Virus record (IMG/VR): IMGVR_UViG_3300027749_000034 | Length of the DNA stretch: 64,000 nucleotides | From: a virus | Lineage: Duplodnaviria; Caudoviricetes | Direction: 5' to 3' (one strand) | Shown: one piece after another, positions 54,127 through 63,121 of the stretch | Numbering within the stretch: the first letter of the stretch is position 1 | Layout: every line of letters begins with the position of its first letter | The notes under the pieces: generated by a model | Database searches by the model: none | The model's input: the letters and a program-made list of their open reading frames with translations, nothing else | What the model was told of the DNA's origin: nothing | Program-made: the position numbers and the translations under genes

Positions 54127-54840
54127 ATGTACTTTAATGATGGAAGCTTACTAGTTCCAGCAGAGCCACAGTGGACCAGATATGACGGTGTTAAAATGGC
54201 ACCGTTGATTGTACCCGATGGCGCAGGACCATGGGCCTTACGATATATTTGGTGCAGGCATACCGAAAATAACAAAGACTTTGTTGGCAATTACTTTGCC
54301 GCAAAATCTGATCAAGAAAAAGGAAAGGCCGGATTAAATTTGCGTAAGCGTACAGCCTACATGCAAGAACATTGGGATCCTCACAATGAGTTGATCAACA
54401 CAAGCCGAGACAATGGAAATATGATCTGGCGTGTAAAAGTACATAACCCAATTGCAGACAGCATTGACTATGTTGAATGTTGGCGCAGTCCTGAAGTGCT
54501 ATCGCAGGCATTCAGTGATTTAATGCCTGGCGCAGAATTAAAAATCAAAGACAATGTTGTTCGTACATCAACCAATCAGCAAACACTAAGAAACAATCTG
54601 TACAAGGAAGGTTTTGAAATTAGACGCTGGGTTGATCCTGTAACAAATTGGCCCACTATTAATCCAGGACTGGCCATGTACTTCTACTGGAACTTTGTGC
54701 AGAAGCATTGGCTAAAAGCAAATTGTAGGGTGAATACAATGTGGCGTGTGCATTTGAATCCATGGAGAGGCTTGTACCCAGAGCTTTATCCAATTGACGA
54801 CATGCTCGTTAAGTTAAAAGAAAATACAAGTTATCTATAA
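54127..54840 (+). CDS. hypothetical protein
   Basis: 237-aa ORF, AGGAG RBS. Confidence 0.75.
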   Translation: MYFNDGSLLVPAEPQWTRYDGVKMAPLIVPDGAGPWALRYIWCRHTENNKDFVGNYFAAKSDQEKGKAGLNLRKRTAYMQEHWDPHNELINTSRDNGNMIWRVKVHNPIADSIDYVECWRSPEVLSQAFSDLMPGAELKIKDNVVRTSTNQQTLRNNLYKEGFEIRRWVDPVTNWPTINPGLAMYFYWNFVQKHWLKANCRVNTMWRVHLNPWRGLYPELYPIDDMLVKLKENTSYL

Positions 54841-54849
54841 AGGAAAATT

Positions 54850-55440
54850 ATGAGTTTAGTGCCAATCGTAGTAGAGAAGACCGGAGCAGGTGAGCGCAGT
54901 TACGACATTTACAGTCGTTTACTCAAAGAGCGAATTGTATTGCTTGAAGGCGAAGTACATGACCAAATGGCCAATCTGATTGTTGCCCAGTTGCTGTTCT
55001 TAGAAGCAGACAACCCAGAAAAAGAAATCAATCTTTTTATTAACAGCCCTGGTGGAAGCATTACAGCAGGCATGGCAATCTACGACACAATGCAATATAT
55101 CAAAAGCCCTGTAAGCACCATTGTCATGGGTCAAGCATGTAGCATGGGCAGTTTCTTAGCGCAGTCTGGTCAAGCAGGTCGACGGTTTGTATTGCCCAAT
55201 GCAAGACACATGATCCACCAACCTTCAGGTGGCACTCGTGGCATGGTAAGTGATATTGAAATCAGTTACAATGAAATTGTATTTTGGAAAAAACGACTAA
55301 CAGAGTTATATGTCAAGCATAACTCAGCTGGTAAAACATATCCACAGTTTGAAAAAGACATGGATCGAGATACATTCATGAGCGCCGAAGAAGCTGTTGC
55401 ATACGGCTTGGCCGACGGTATCATGACAAAACGCCCATGA
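54850..55440 (+). CDS. clpP: ATP-dependent Clp protease proteolytic subunit
   Basis: [23 protein letters not shown] (Ser), MIHQP (His), DRD. Confidence 0.96.
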   Translation: MSLVPIVVEKTGAGERSYDIYSRLLKERIVLLEGEVHDQMANLIVAQLLFLEADNPEKEINLFINSPGGSITAGMAIYDTMQYIKSPVSTIVMGQACSMGSFLAQSGQAGRRFVLPNARHMIHQPSGGTRGMVSDIEISYNEIVFWKKRLTELYVKHNSAGKTYPQFEKDMDRDTFMSAEEAVAYGLADGIMTKRP

Positions 55441-55592
55441 TACTTGAAGTTATAGTATACGGATTCTTCACTGCATTTGGCTGGTGGGGCGCAAATCACT
55501 ATGTGATCGAACCCTATTTTCCTGAACCTGTTGCCAAGGTAAAGAAAGCAGAAGAAAAGAAAGAAACTACTGTTTCAAAAGAGAATCAGTAA
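55437..55592 (+). CDS. small membrane protein (not in ORF track)
   Basis: [23 protein letters not shown] overlap. Confidence 0.6.
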   Translation: MILEVIVYGFFTAFGWWGANHYVIEPYFPEPVAKVKKAEEKKETTVSKENQ

Positions 55593-56208
55593 ATTCCAGC
55601 AAGAGTTGATGGTGAGTACCCCCGTGGTACTTGCCCGTCATCCAACTGTATCCATCATACCAGAACTGTTCGCTTTCTGGATGACAACCAATTAGACCAA
55701 TACGGTTTTGTATTATCGCCATAGCATCATTATTAGCATATTTGGCAATGGTGTCGTGATATCCTGCACCAACTAAAGCACAGCCATCATACCAGAACAT
55801 GTTCATAGGTTTTCCTAACCAGTCAATTGAAATGTTTTTTGCATGTGGCCTGCGTGTATCAGTTCCAGGACGAGTTATGTATTGTACTGCATCAATGTCT
55901 TTTAAGATATTAAAATAGTGTGAGCCTGCCCAGTAGGCACCCATACAAATTCCCAAATACCGCCCGCCATCCTTAACAAATTGCCGAACTCGTTCACCGT
56001 TGTATTTGAACAAGTTCTCAAAGCTGTCGGCATCACCTATTCCACCAGGCACAGCAATTATATCAACATTGTTGAAAAATACATCTTCTACTGCATTTTT
56101 TCCAAACACTTTAAAATTGTAATATTGCCCAAGTGCATTCATTATACCATTTCCACTTTGCACTGAACATTTTGGATCAGCTAAAAATAGTGCTACAGTG
56201 GGCTTCAT
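55567..56208 (-). CDS. class I glutamine amidotransferase-like (BPL_N-like) protein
   Basis: VPGG, YLGICMGAY nucleophile elbow, HPE. Confidence 0.8.
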   Translation of the reverse strand: MKPTVALFLADPKCSVQSGNGIMNALGQYYNFKVFGKNAVEDVFFNNVDIIAVPGGIGDADSFENLFKYNGERVRQFVKDGGRYLGICMGAYWAGSHYFNILKDIDAVQYITRPGTDTRRPHAKNISIDWLGKPMNMFWYDGCALVGAGYHDTIAKYANNDAMAIIQNRIGLIGCHPESEQFWYDGYSWMTGKYHGGTHHQLLLEFTDSLLKQ

Positions 56209-56251
56209 GATCTATTTATATAGATAAATACTTGTCAAGGAGGACTCAACC

Positions 56252-56410
56252 ATGAAACAGAAAAAGCTACTGGCTAAACTGTACAGGGCTTGCGTCGACC
56301 ATGATACAGAAACCATTGCTGAACTCCGTCAAAAAGAGTTTGCAAAGATACTGAAACACAAGGCCGAAGGTAAGTCATTTACAACAAAATGGACTTTGGT
56401 TAGGATTTAG
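56252..56410 (+). CDS. small basic protein (not in ORF track)
   Basis: AAGGAGG RBS, TAAATA upstream. Confidence 0.65.
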   Translation: MKQKKLLAKLYRACVDHDTETIAELRQKEFAKILKHKAEGKSFTTKWTLVRI

Positions 56411-56427
56411 TGTAACAAAACAGTAAC
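56410..56427 (+). promoter_or_regulatory. Pho-box-like tandem repeat
   Basis: GTGTAAC-AAAA-CAGTAAC, 11-bp period, about 35 nt before the plcP-like start. Confidence 0.45.
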
Positions 56428-56460
56428 ACAAAAATCCACAATTGGGCGATAAGTAATGGT

Positions 56461-57240
56461 ATGACAGCCAAAACTTATCGCTCAATTTTTGTTTCCGATG
56501 TACATTTAGGCACTAGAGATTGTAAAGCTGGACAGCTGAACAATTTCCTTAAACACAACAGTTGTGATACATTATATCTAGTAGGCGATATAATTGATGC
56601 ATGGAAGATTCAACAAAACAAATGGCGTTGGAAACAAAGCCACACCAATGTTGTTCGTAGAGTATTGGGACATGCCAAGCGTGGTACTCGAGTTGTATTC
56701 ATTGCCGGCAATCATGATGAGTTTTTGAGACCCATGATACCATATGGATTTAGTTTTGGCCTGGTGGAAATACACAATCAAATAGAACACATAGGTGCTG
56801 ATGGTCGACACTATCTTGTTACACATGGCGACCTGTTTGACGGTATCACAAGATTGGCACCGTGGATAGCATTTTTAGGAGACAAGGCATATGATATCAT
56901 TTTATCGCTTAATAGCAAATACAATTGGCTACGTCATCGTATGGGTTTTGGGTACTTTAGTCTTAGTCAGTATCTCAAAGCAAGAGTAAAGAAAGCAGTG
57001 GACTTTATATTCCACTTTGAAAAAAATCTAGCCACCTATTGTAAAAAGCGTGGATATGATGGAGTCATATGTGGACACATACACCACGCGGAAATAAAAG
57101 AAATAGATGGCATCATATATATGAACGACGGTGACTGGGTAGAATCGTGTACTGCACTTGTAGAACATCATGACGGTCGTTGGGAAATAATTACATGGAC
57201 CAAAAGCAATGACAAAGACAATACTGATAATAACAGATAA
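56461..57240 (+). CDS. plcP: PlcP-like / UDP-2,3-diacylglucosamine-diphosphatase-family metallophosphoesterase
   Basis: YRSIFVSDVHLG, LYLVGDIID.W, GNHDE, THGD, CGHIH, NDGDWVES. Confidence 0.75.
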   Translation: MTAKTYRSIFVSDVHLGTRDCKAGQLNNFLKHNSCDTLYLVGDIIDAWKIQQNKWRWKQSHTNVVRRVLGHAKRGTRVVFIAGNHDEFLRPMIPYGFSFGLVEIHNQIEHIGADGRHYLVTHGDLFDGITRLAPWIAFLGDKAYDIILSLNSKYNWLRHRMGFGYFSLSQYLKARVKKAVDFIFHFEKNLATYCKKRGYDGVICGHIHHAEIKEIDGIIYMNDGDWVESCTALVEHHDGRWEIITWTKSNDKDNTDNNR

Positions 57241-58216
57241 TTTACCGGAGCAAATAAATGGCGTGGTTACGACCTACACAAATATTGAGGCACATGCGAT
57301 TTTGGATGGTTATAACTTTGTGGTGCTTCATCCCGGGTGGTTCAGCTACATTGATTGCCCTGGCTACAACGAAGTCAAGATTGCCTATCCGCGCAATCTG
57401 GGCAAGAAGATTGAGGAGATCAATCCGGATTATATCCATATCGCCACAGAAGGTCCTCTTGGTCTGTGGGCTAGAGCATATCTTTCACTGGCTAATATTC
57501 GCCACAATACCGCTTATCACACTAAGTTTCCTGAAGGGCTCAGAAAGCTATTTGGAGTTCCTGAATGGATTACTTGGCGCTTTGTTAGATGGTTTCATAA
57601 ACATAGCGGCAAAGTTTTAACAACTACTGATTCAATGGTTGCTGAACTAAAAGCACACGGATTCGGTGGCGAAGTATTGCCCTGGACTCGCGGTGTTGAC
57701 CGTGCGATCTTTACTCCTGATCTGAGAGAAGACTTTCCTAGTAGATACTTGCTGTGCGTAAGTCGTGTCAGCAAGGAAAAGAATCTAGAAGCGTTTTTAG
57801 AATTAGACTATCCTGGTTATCAAAAAATCATGGTAGGAGATGGCCCCATGCTGGAAACATATCGCCGGCAATATCCAGAAGTTGTGTTCACAGGATTTAA
57901 GACAGGAGTTGATCTTGCTCGTTACTATGCCAATGCTGAAGTGTTTGTATTCCCCAGTAAATGGGAAACATTTGGACTGGTAATGATTGAAGCCATGGCC
58001 TGTGGCACTCCTGTAGCGGCGTATAACTGCCAAGGACCTGCTGATGTGATTGATCAAGGTGTTACCGGATTCATGGTTGAAGAAAGCGAAGGTCTGGCGG
58101 CGGCAGTTGACAAGTGTTTGAAAATTAACAGAGCCGATGTGCATAGAGTAAGTCAAAGATGGACATGGAAACGAGCCTGGGAAATATTCAGAGACAACCT
58201 GGTAGAGAAGGTTTAA
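57209..58216 (+). CDS. GT4 glycosyltransferase (Agt-like glycolipid synthase)
   Basis: QINGV, HIATEGPLG, W.RGVD, ETFGLVMIEAMACG. Confidence 0.88.
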   Translation: MTKTILIITDNLPEQINGVVTTYTNIEAHAILDGYNFVVLHPGWFSYIDCPGYNEVKIAYPRNLGKKIEEINPDYIHIATEGPLGLWARAYLSLANIRHNTAYHTKFPEGLRKLFGVPEWITWRFVRWFHKHSGKVLTTTDSMVAELKAHGFGGEVLPWTRGVDRAIFTPDLREDFPSRYLLCVSRVSKEKNLEAFLELDYPGYQKIMVGDGPMLETYRRQYPEVVFTGFKTGVDLARYYANAEVFVFPSKWETFGLVMIEAMACGTPVAAYNCQGPADVIDQGVTGFMVEESEGLAAAVDKCLKINRADVHRVSQRWTWKRAWEIFRDNLVEKV

Positions 58217-59295
58217 TGAATTGGTCAGCAGTTAAACATCTGCATTTGGAAATCAGTTCGCAATGCAATGCGGCCTGCCCGTTGTGTGCTAGATATCCAA
58301 CTTCCAGCTTGTACGAACATCCTAGTATTAGTATGGATCAAGTTTGGACCATTGAACAGGTTAGAGCTCGATTACCAACAGCAGACCTGGTCAATATTGA
58401 AAAGTTTCTCATCAACGGCACCGTGGGCGATTTCATTACAAATCGAGATGCACTGGAAATTATACAGCACTTCAGTTCAGCAAGTCCAACAGCACAGATT
58501 GAAATCAACACCAATGGTTCAGCCAGGACTCCAGAGTTTTGGAAAAGTCTGGCCCTGATAAAAAATGTTAGAATATCATTTGCACTGGATGGTCTGGAAG
58601 ATACACATCACTTGTATAGACGACAGACCAATTGGAAGTTTATCATTGACAATGCCAAGACATTTATCAATGCCGGCGGAACAGCTGATTGGATCATGAC
58701 CAGGTTCGCCCACAACGATCATCAAGTTGATGAGTGTGCAAGCCTAGCAAAGCAACTGGGTTTTGCAAAATTCTATGCCAGACACAGTGATAGATATTTT
58801 GCTCCAGCCAGGGACAAGAATGGAAATACCACACATGAGTTGCTACCAGCACCAACTGCTCCATATACTTCAAGCACTAGAACTTTGGCCGAATTGCAAT
58901 CAAAAGAAGTAAGATATCGCAATGGAACATTTCGAGCTGTACAAATGCACAACAGTACGCCATTGCCCAGCTTGGACAATTGTGAAAGCCTGCGAACCAG
59001 GAGCATTTATGTTGGTGCAGATTGGTCTGTTGCGCCATGTTGTTTTATTGGAGTCCTATCTTTTACTCGAGAAACAGATCATCGCTATGCCAGTTTTGCA
59101 ACTGCACTAGCCGAAGCCGGACTGACTCTACAGGATTTGATTGCAAGCACAACAGTGAGTGCCATTGTAGATCGAGGGTTTGATTGGATTTACAATCGTA
59201 TTACCACAGACCGAGCATTAATGAGCTGTTTTCATTCCTGCCATCCAGACAAATCAAATTATAGAATAAGTCAAGCTACCAAATTGGCAAAATAA
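58216..59295 (+). CDS. radical SAM protein with SPASM/twitch-like C-terminus
   Basis: CNAACPLC; C-terminal C...PCC...C..SC. Confidence 0.85.
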   Translation: MNWSAVKHLHLEISSQCNAACPLCARYPTSSLYEHPSISMDQVWTIEQVRARLPTADLVNIEKFLINGTVGDFITNRDALEIIQHFSSASPTAQIEINTNGSARTPEFWKSLALIKNVRISFALDGLEDTHHLYRRQTNWKFIIDNAKTFINAGGTADWIMTRFAHNDHQVDECASLAKQLGFAKFYARHSDRYFAPARDKNGNTTHELLPAPTAPYTSSTRTLAELQSKEVRYRNGTFRAVQMHNSTPLPSLDNCESLRTRSIYVGADWSVAPCCFIGVLSFTRETDHRYASFATALAEAGLTLQDLIASTTVSAIVDRGFDWIYNRITTDRALMSCFHSCHPDKSNYRISQATKLAK

Positions 59296-59323
59296 AATAA
59301 ATAAAGTACAGGAGGACACTAAC

Positions 59324-59377
59324 ATGTACCTAACACAAGAAGAATGCCCAATCTGCGGCGGCAACCATAAGAAATAA
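59324..59377 (+). CDS. 17-aa Cys/His micropeptide MYLTQEECPICGGNHKK
   Basis: AGGAGG RBS 8 nt upstream, TAAATA motif. Confidence 0.6.
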   Translation: MYLTQEECPICGGNHKK

Positions 59378-59386
59378 GGATTAAAA

Positions 59387-59971
59387 ATGGCACTTATTGA
59401 CAGCGTAATGAATTTAATCAATAAAACACCAAAGGACCCAGATGCACCAAAGCCTCCAGTTGGATCAAGATCAGAGCGCGAAGCAAAAATCAAAGACAAA
59501 GCTGGTATGGTTATCAATGTATTTGCATTGTTACTTGCAGTCAATGCATGGTACGGCGGCACCCTTGGTTCAACAGTACTAAACAATACAATTAAAGCAA
59601 ATGACACTTGGGCTTTTTATCAAGCCAAGTCCATGAAACAAACCATGGCTGAATATGCTCGTGATGATGCACTACGAGCAAAGGATGTTAAACGGGCAGA
59701 CGAGCTGAAGGCTAGAATTGATCGTTATGAAAACGAACCCAAAGATGGCAAGCGAGATTTAATGATCAAAGCAAAGGCACTTGAAGCAGAACGAGATGAG
59801 GCCAAAAAGCGTAGTCCGTGGATTGGCTATGCAAGTACTGCATACCAATTATCAATTGTTGTACTGTCAGCAAGTATATTGGCAGTCAGCATTCCGTTGT
59901 TCTGGAGCAGTTTTATTGTTGCAGGCATTGGCATGTTATTGAGTAGTCAGGGCGTTTTACTCTGGTTCTAA
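59387..59971 (+). CDS. DUF4337-like membrane protein
   Basis: TM helix, W.FYQAKS, coiled coil, two C-terminal TM helices. Confidence 0.75.
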   Translation: MALIDSVMNLINKTPKDPDAPKPPVGSRSEREAKIKDKAGMVINVFALLLAVNAWYGGTLGSTVLNNTIKANDTWAFYQAKSMKQTMAEYARDDALRAKDVKRADELKARIDRYENEPKDGKRDLMIKAKALEAERDEAKKRSPWIGYASTAYQLSIVVLSASILAVSIPLFWSSFIVAGIGMLLSSQGVLLWF

Positions 59972-59993
59972 ACCACTGTAGTAAAATTGCAAC

Positions 59994-60016
59994 AAAAGGA
60001 CCTTAGGGTCCTTTTT
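59994..60016 (+). terminator. intrinsic terminator
   Basis: AAAAGGACC-TTAG-GGTCCTTTTTT. Confidence 0.8.
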
Positions 60017-60079
60017 TCTTGACAAGATGATCAGACCTATGTTATACTAGGAACTTGTTAAACTTTACTCGAGGTAAAG

Positions 60080-60616
60080 ATGAATAAGTGGCTCACCGTA
60101 TTAGGAATTTCAGCTCTGTTACTCTTTATGGTTCGTATAGAATCACGATTGGACATTATTCAAAGTGAAGTTGAGGACCTAAATCGAATCGTAAAAACCT
60201 CAACCACAGTCAAGTACACCCCTAAAGATCTTGAATGCCTGGCCCGCAACATCTATTATGAGGCCGGAGTAGAGGACCAAGTTGGCAAGTATGCAGTGGG
60301 CCATGTCACACTGAACCGGCTCAGCACAGGCTACTGGGGCAAAGATATTTGTTCTGTTGTTTATGCCCGGGGGCAATTTTCTTGGACCTTAAAAAAGAAA
60401 CTACCCAAACCCAATCCAGCACTATATGCTGAAGCGGAAAGCGTTGCATGGGATGTCATACATGGCTATAAAGTTGCCAGTCTTGACAAGAGTTTATTTT
60501 ACCATGCTGACTATATTAAAGATCCGCATTGGGCAGTACAAGAGCACAAAGTGACACAAATTGGGCGTCATATTTTCTACACCAAAGCGCGAAACAGCTG
60601 GCTAGCTATGTTGTAA
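60080..60616 (+). CDS. cell wall hydrolase SleB (Hydrolase_2)
   Basis: CLARNIYYEA, VTLNR, ICSVVY...QFSW, IGRHIFY. Confidence 0.9.
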   Translation: MNKWLTVLGISALLLFMVRIESRLDIIQSEVEDLNRIVKTSTTVKYTPKDLECLARNIYYEAGVEDQVGKYAVGHVTLNRLSTGYWGKDICSVVYARGQFSWTLKKKLPKPNPALYAEAESVAWDVIHGYKVASLDKSLFYHADYIKDPHWAVQEHKVTQIGRHIFYTKARNSWLAML

Positions 60617-60698
60617 AAATGCAACAAAAGTACTAGTTTTTGTGTTGCAAAAATACAACAAAAAAACGGTTGACCACAGGCCCAATCCACAGTATAAT
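60609..60698 (+). promoter_or_regulatory. two operators plus sigma70 promoter
   Basis: Operators 60609-26 and 60643-60; TTGACC-17-TATAAT. Confidence 0.8.
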
Positions 60699-60727
60699 AA
60701 ACACTTAAACAGCAAAAAGGAACCGCA

Positions 60728-60985
60728 ATGAAAGCACTTCAAACTTACATCGACAAGAAGAATCAGTGGAACGCTATCTTCAAAGGTCGTCAATTTGAAA
60801 TCCAAACTGCCAAGGGTCGTCAAGAAGTTGCTGACTGTTTGGATGCAGATCTTAGCCCAGAGAATTTAACTTGCGATGGTGAATTGCCTCGTAGCCAAGT
60901 ACAGGCCAAGTATCGTGCATTGACTGCCGCGGCCCGTGACTTGCAGAAGCTGGACTCCTCAGTTAAATTTTACGAATTTGCCTAA
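60728..60985 (+). CDS. hypothetical protein
   Basis: LSPENLTCDGE motif; RBS. Confidence 0.75.
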   Translation: MKALQTYIDKKNQWNAIFKGRQFEIQTAKGRQEVADCLDADLSPENLTCDGELPRSQVQAKYRALTAAARDLQKLDSSVKFYEFA

Positions 60986-61215
60986 TGAAGTTTAACTTTG
61001 ACGAAGTGCTACAGTGGGCCGGAGCAGTATTAATTATTGCTGGCCACACATTGAATGCCATTGGCCCTTCCATGTATCCTTACAATATTGTGGTCTTTGC
61101 AGTAGGTACAGTGGCATTTTTAGCCTGGGCCATTCGTGCAGGAAATCGGCCGCAAATGGCAGTCAATTTAGTGTCAATAGCCATTGGGATTGTAGGGTTA
61201 CTAAAGTTGTTGTAA
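60985..61215 (+). CDS. small three-TM membrane protein
   Basis: Three hydrophobic helices. Confidence 0.7.
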   Translation: MKFNFDEVLQWAGAVLIIAGHTLNAIGPSMYPYNIVVFAVGTVAFLAWAIRAGNRPQMAVNLVSIAIGIVGLLKLL

Positions 61216-61274
61216 AAATACAACAAAAATAGACTCAGAAAACGGTTGACAGTTGGGCCTAGATCGCTTATACT
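61208..61274 (+). promoter_or_regulatory. operator plus sigma70 promoter
   Basis: TGTTGTAAAAATACAACA; TTGACA-17-TATACT. Confidence 0.8.
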
Positions 61275-61304
61275 ATGAACATAGTAAGGAACAAGGAGAG
61301 CAAG

Positions 61305-61685
61305 ATGGAAGACTTTAAAAGCTGGGAAGAGATGAGCGATTTGGAGCAAGCCCAATGCACATTTTGGGACATGTACAAGGATGCTTATGGTGTCCGCCCC
61401 CGTGGCATTGACACCAGCACTTGGACGCTGGAGCAGTTCCAGGAGGAGTTTGTGATTCTGGGTCAAGCAATTGACCGTGAAGAAATCGCCCGCAAGGCCT
61501 CCGAAGCCGAAGCTGTCATTAAGTTTGAACAGCATGTGACCAACACCATCTGTATGGGTGCAGGTACCCGCGAAGTTGCACTTCGTTGGATCATGGAAGC
61601 CAGCAATGCCAATGGCGACTGGGAATACTTGTGCTACGATTTGGGCTTGCCCTACCATTACTTTCGAGTCAAGGAGACTGTATGA
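61305..61685 (+). CDS. hypothetical protein
   Basis: WDMYKDAYGVRPRG motif; AGGAG RBS. Confidence 0.78.
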   Translation: MEDFKSWEEMSDLEQAQCTFWDMYKDAYGVRPRGIDTSTWTLEQFQEEFVILGQAIDREEIARKASEAEAVIKFEQHVTNTICMGAGTREVALRWIMEASNANGDWEYLCYDLGLPYHYFRVKETV

Positions 61686-61900
61686 TGAAGTTTGATACCA
61701 TTTATGATCGCAAGCATGGCAGTCTCTATGACAGAGGTGCCGCAGACAGTTACTATGGTCGCCCAAGAGATCCACATTGGTACCCTAATGGTACCTATAA
61801 TGAGCCTCGCGTTCAGGCCGTGGATCAGCTAGACATCCGTGAGTACAATGAAGGCTATGACTATAACGAAAAGTATGGCGACAAGAAAAACTGGAACTAA
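61682..61900 (+). CDS. hypothetical protein
   Basis: YDRG.ADSYYGRPR.PH motif. Confidence 0.75.
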   Translation: MMKFDTIYDRKHGSLYDRGAADSYYGRPRDPHWYPNGTYNEPRVQAVDQLDIREYNEGYDYNEKYGDKKNWN

Positions 61901-61910
61901 GGAAAAGAAT

Positions 61911-62021
61911 ATGTGGAATCAACTTGATCGTGAACAAAAGATTAATGAAATAATTACCTGCGTGGCCTTTGTGGCCTTTGTTGTGCTACTATGTTTCATG
62001 CCTGACTTGACAAGAGGTTAA
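61911..62021 (+). CDS. small membrane protein
   Basis: RBS, one TM helix. Confidence 0.55.
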   Translation: MWNQLDREQKINEIITCVAFVAFVVLLCFMPDLTRG

Positions 62022-62022
62022 T

Positions 62023-62355
62023 ATGAACACCAGAGAACTTGACACACAGGCCGCACCAAACAAATGGTGGGCCGCTCAAGATGCTCGTATGCGTAATTTT
62101 GCAATGAGCACAAAATACACCGACGCACAAAAGGTCCAGGCCGAGCGTATGCGACTGGGACTTGGTATGGTGTACTCCACTGCCAAAGAGATCCACATCA
62201 ATTTTCGCAAGCGGTTCATTGCTATCAAAATTGAACAGCCCACAGTTCGTGATCGCAAGAACTTGGCTCTGCTGGAAGCAGACTACACCCGTGCAGGCAT
62301 TGTGAAGAAAGTTACCGCGCAGGGCATCATTTACGAAATTCCAAACAAAGGTTGA
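62023..62355 (+). CDS. hypothetical protein
   Basis: 110-aa ORF, GAGG RBS. Confidence 0.7.
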   Translation: MNTRELDTQAAPNKWWAAQDARMRNFAMSTKYTDAQKVQAERMRLGLGMVYSTAKEIHINFRKRFIAIKIEQPTVRDRKNLALLEADYTRAGIVKKVTAQGIIYEIPNKG

Positions 62356-62356
62356 T

Positions 62357-62950
62357 ATGAAAAGCCATTATTTTCTATTACCATTGGCTTTTACATTTAA
62401 TGTCCAAGCGGCCAATTTAAAGCCGATTGAGGATTTTGTTAACAGTTTCTACGACTGCGGCAAGATTACAAATACAATGACAACACAATGGACTGAACAT
62501 CAGACTGGTACAATTGTTAAATGCTCTAATACAAAACGCTATTTAATTCTTAAAGCTGGGCCTAATAGGCATTCGGTTAGACCGATATTATCGGACCCAT
62601 TTGACCCCAATGAGCAAGCAGAATACAAAAGAAGAGAAGAGCAGATGCTGAGAATCACAGATTCTCAGGGTGCGTTACCCTCAGCGACTAATGTTAACAG
62701 TCGGGCTTCTACAGACTGTGAAAAACCCGAATATCCAGAAAAAGCCAGACGCTTAAACCAAGAAGGTACTGTTCAGCTTAAATTGCTAATAGATGCCAAT
62801 GGCAAGGTTAATAAGGCACTCATTGAAAATTCGTCTGGATTTCCATTATTAGACGAGGCATCATTGACTAATTTATCTAAATGTCAATTTAAAGCCGGTA
62901 GGTACGCTACCGGCTGGGCTAGCATTCAATATAACTGGAAACTTAATTAA
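62357..62950 (+). CDS. secreted protein with TonB C-terminal domain
   Basis: PEYPEKARRLNQEGTV.LKLLID.NGKV...SSG.PLLD.A. Confidence 0.82.
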   Translation: MKSHYFLLPLAFTFNVQAANLKPIEDFVNSFYDCGKITNTMTTQWTEHQTGTIVKCSNTKRYLILKAGPNRHSVRPILSDPFDPNEQAEYKRREEQMLRITDSQGALPSATNVNSRASTDCEKPEYPEKARRLNQEGTVQLKLLIDANGKVNKALIENSSGFPLLDEASLTNLSKCQFKAGRYATGWASIQYNWKLN

Positions 62951-62952
62951 TC

Positions 62953-63120
62953 ATGAAATCATTTTGGCTACTATTCCTAACAGGATTAATGCTGGTAGTA
63001 TTTGCAATATTCGGTATTGAACAACGAGTTGCAGGCAATTTGATTGATCAGATGTTGGTCATGCTGTTGGGGTTTGGTCTAATGTATTGCAGTTCATTAA
63101 TGTTGAAGGGTAGGAAATAA
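62953..63120 (+). CDS. small membrane protein (not in ORF track)
   Basis: Two hydrophobic helices. Confidence 0.55.
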   Translation: MKSFWLLFLTGLMLVVFAIFGIEQRVAGNLIDQMLVMLLGFGLMYCSSLMLKGRK

Positions 63121-63121
63121 A

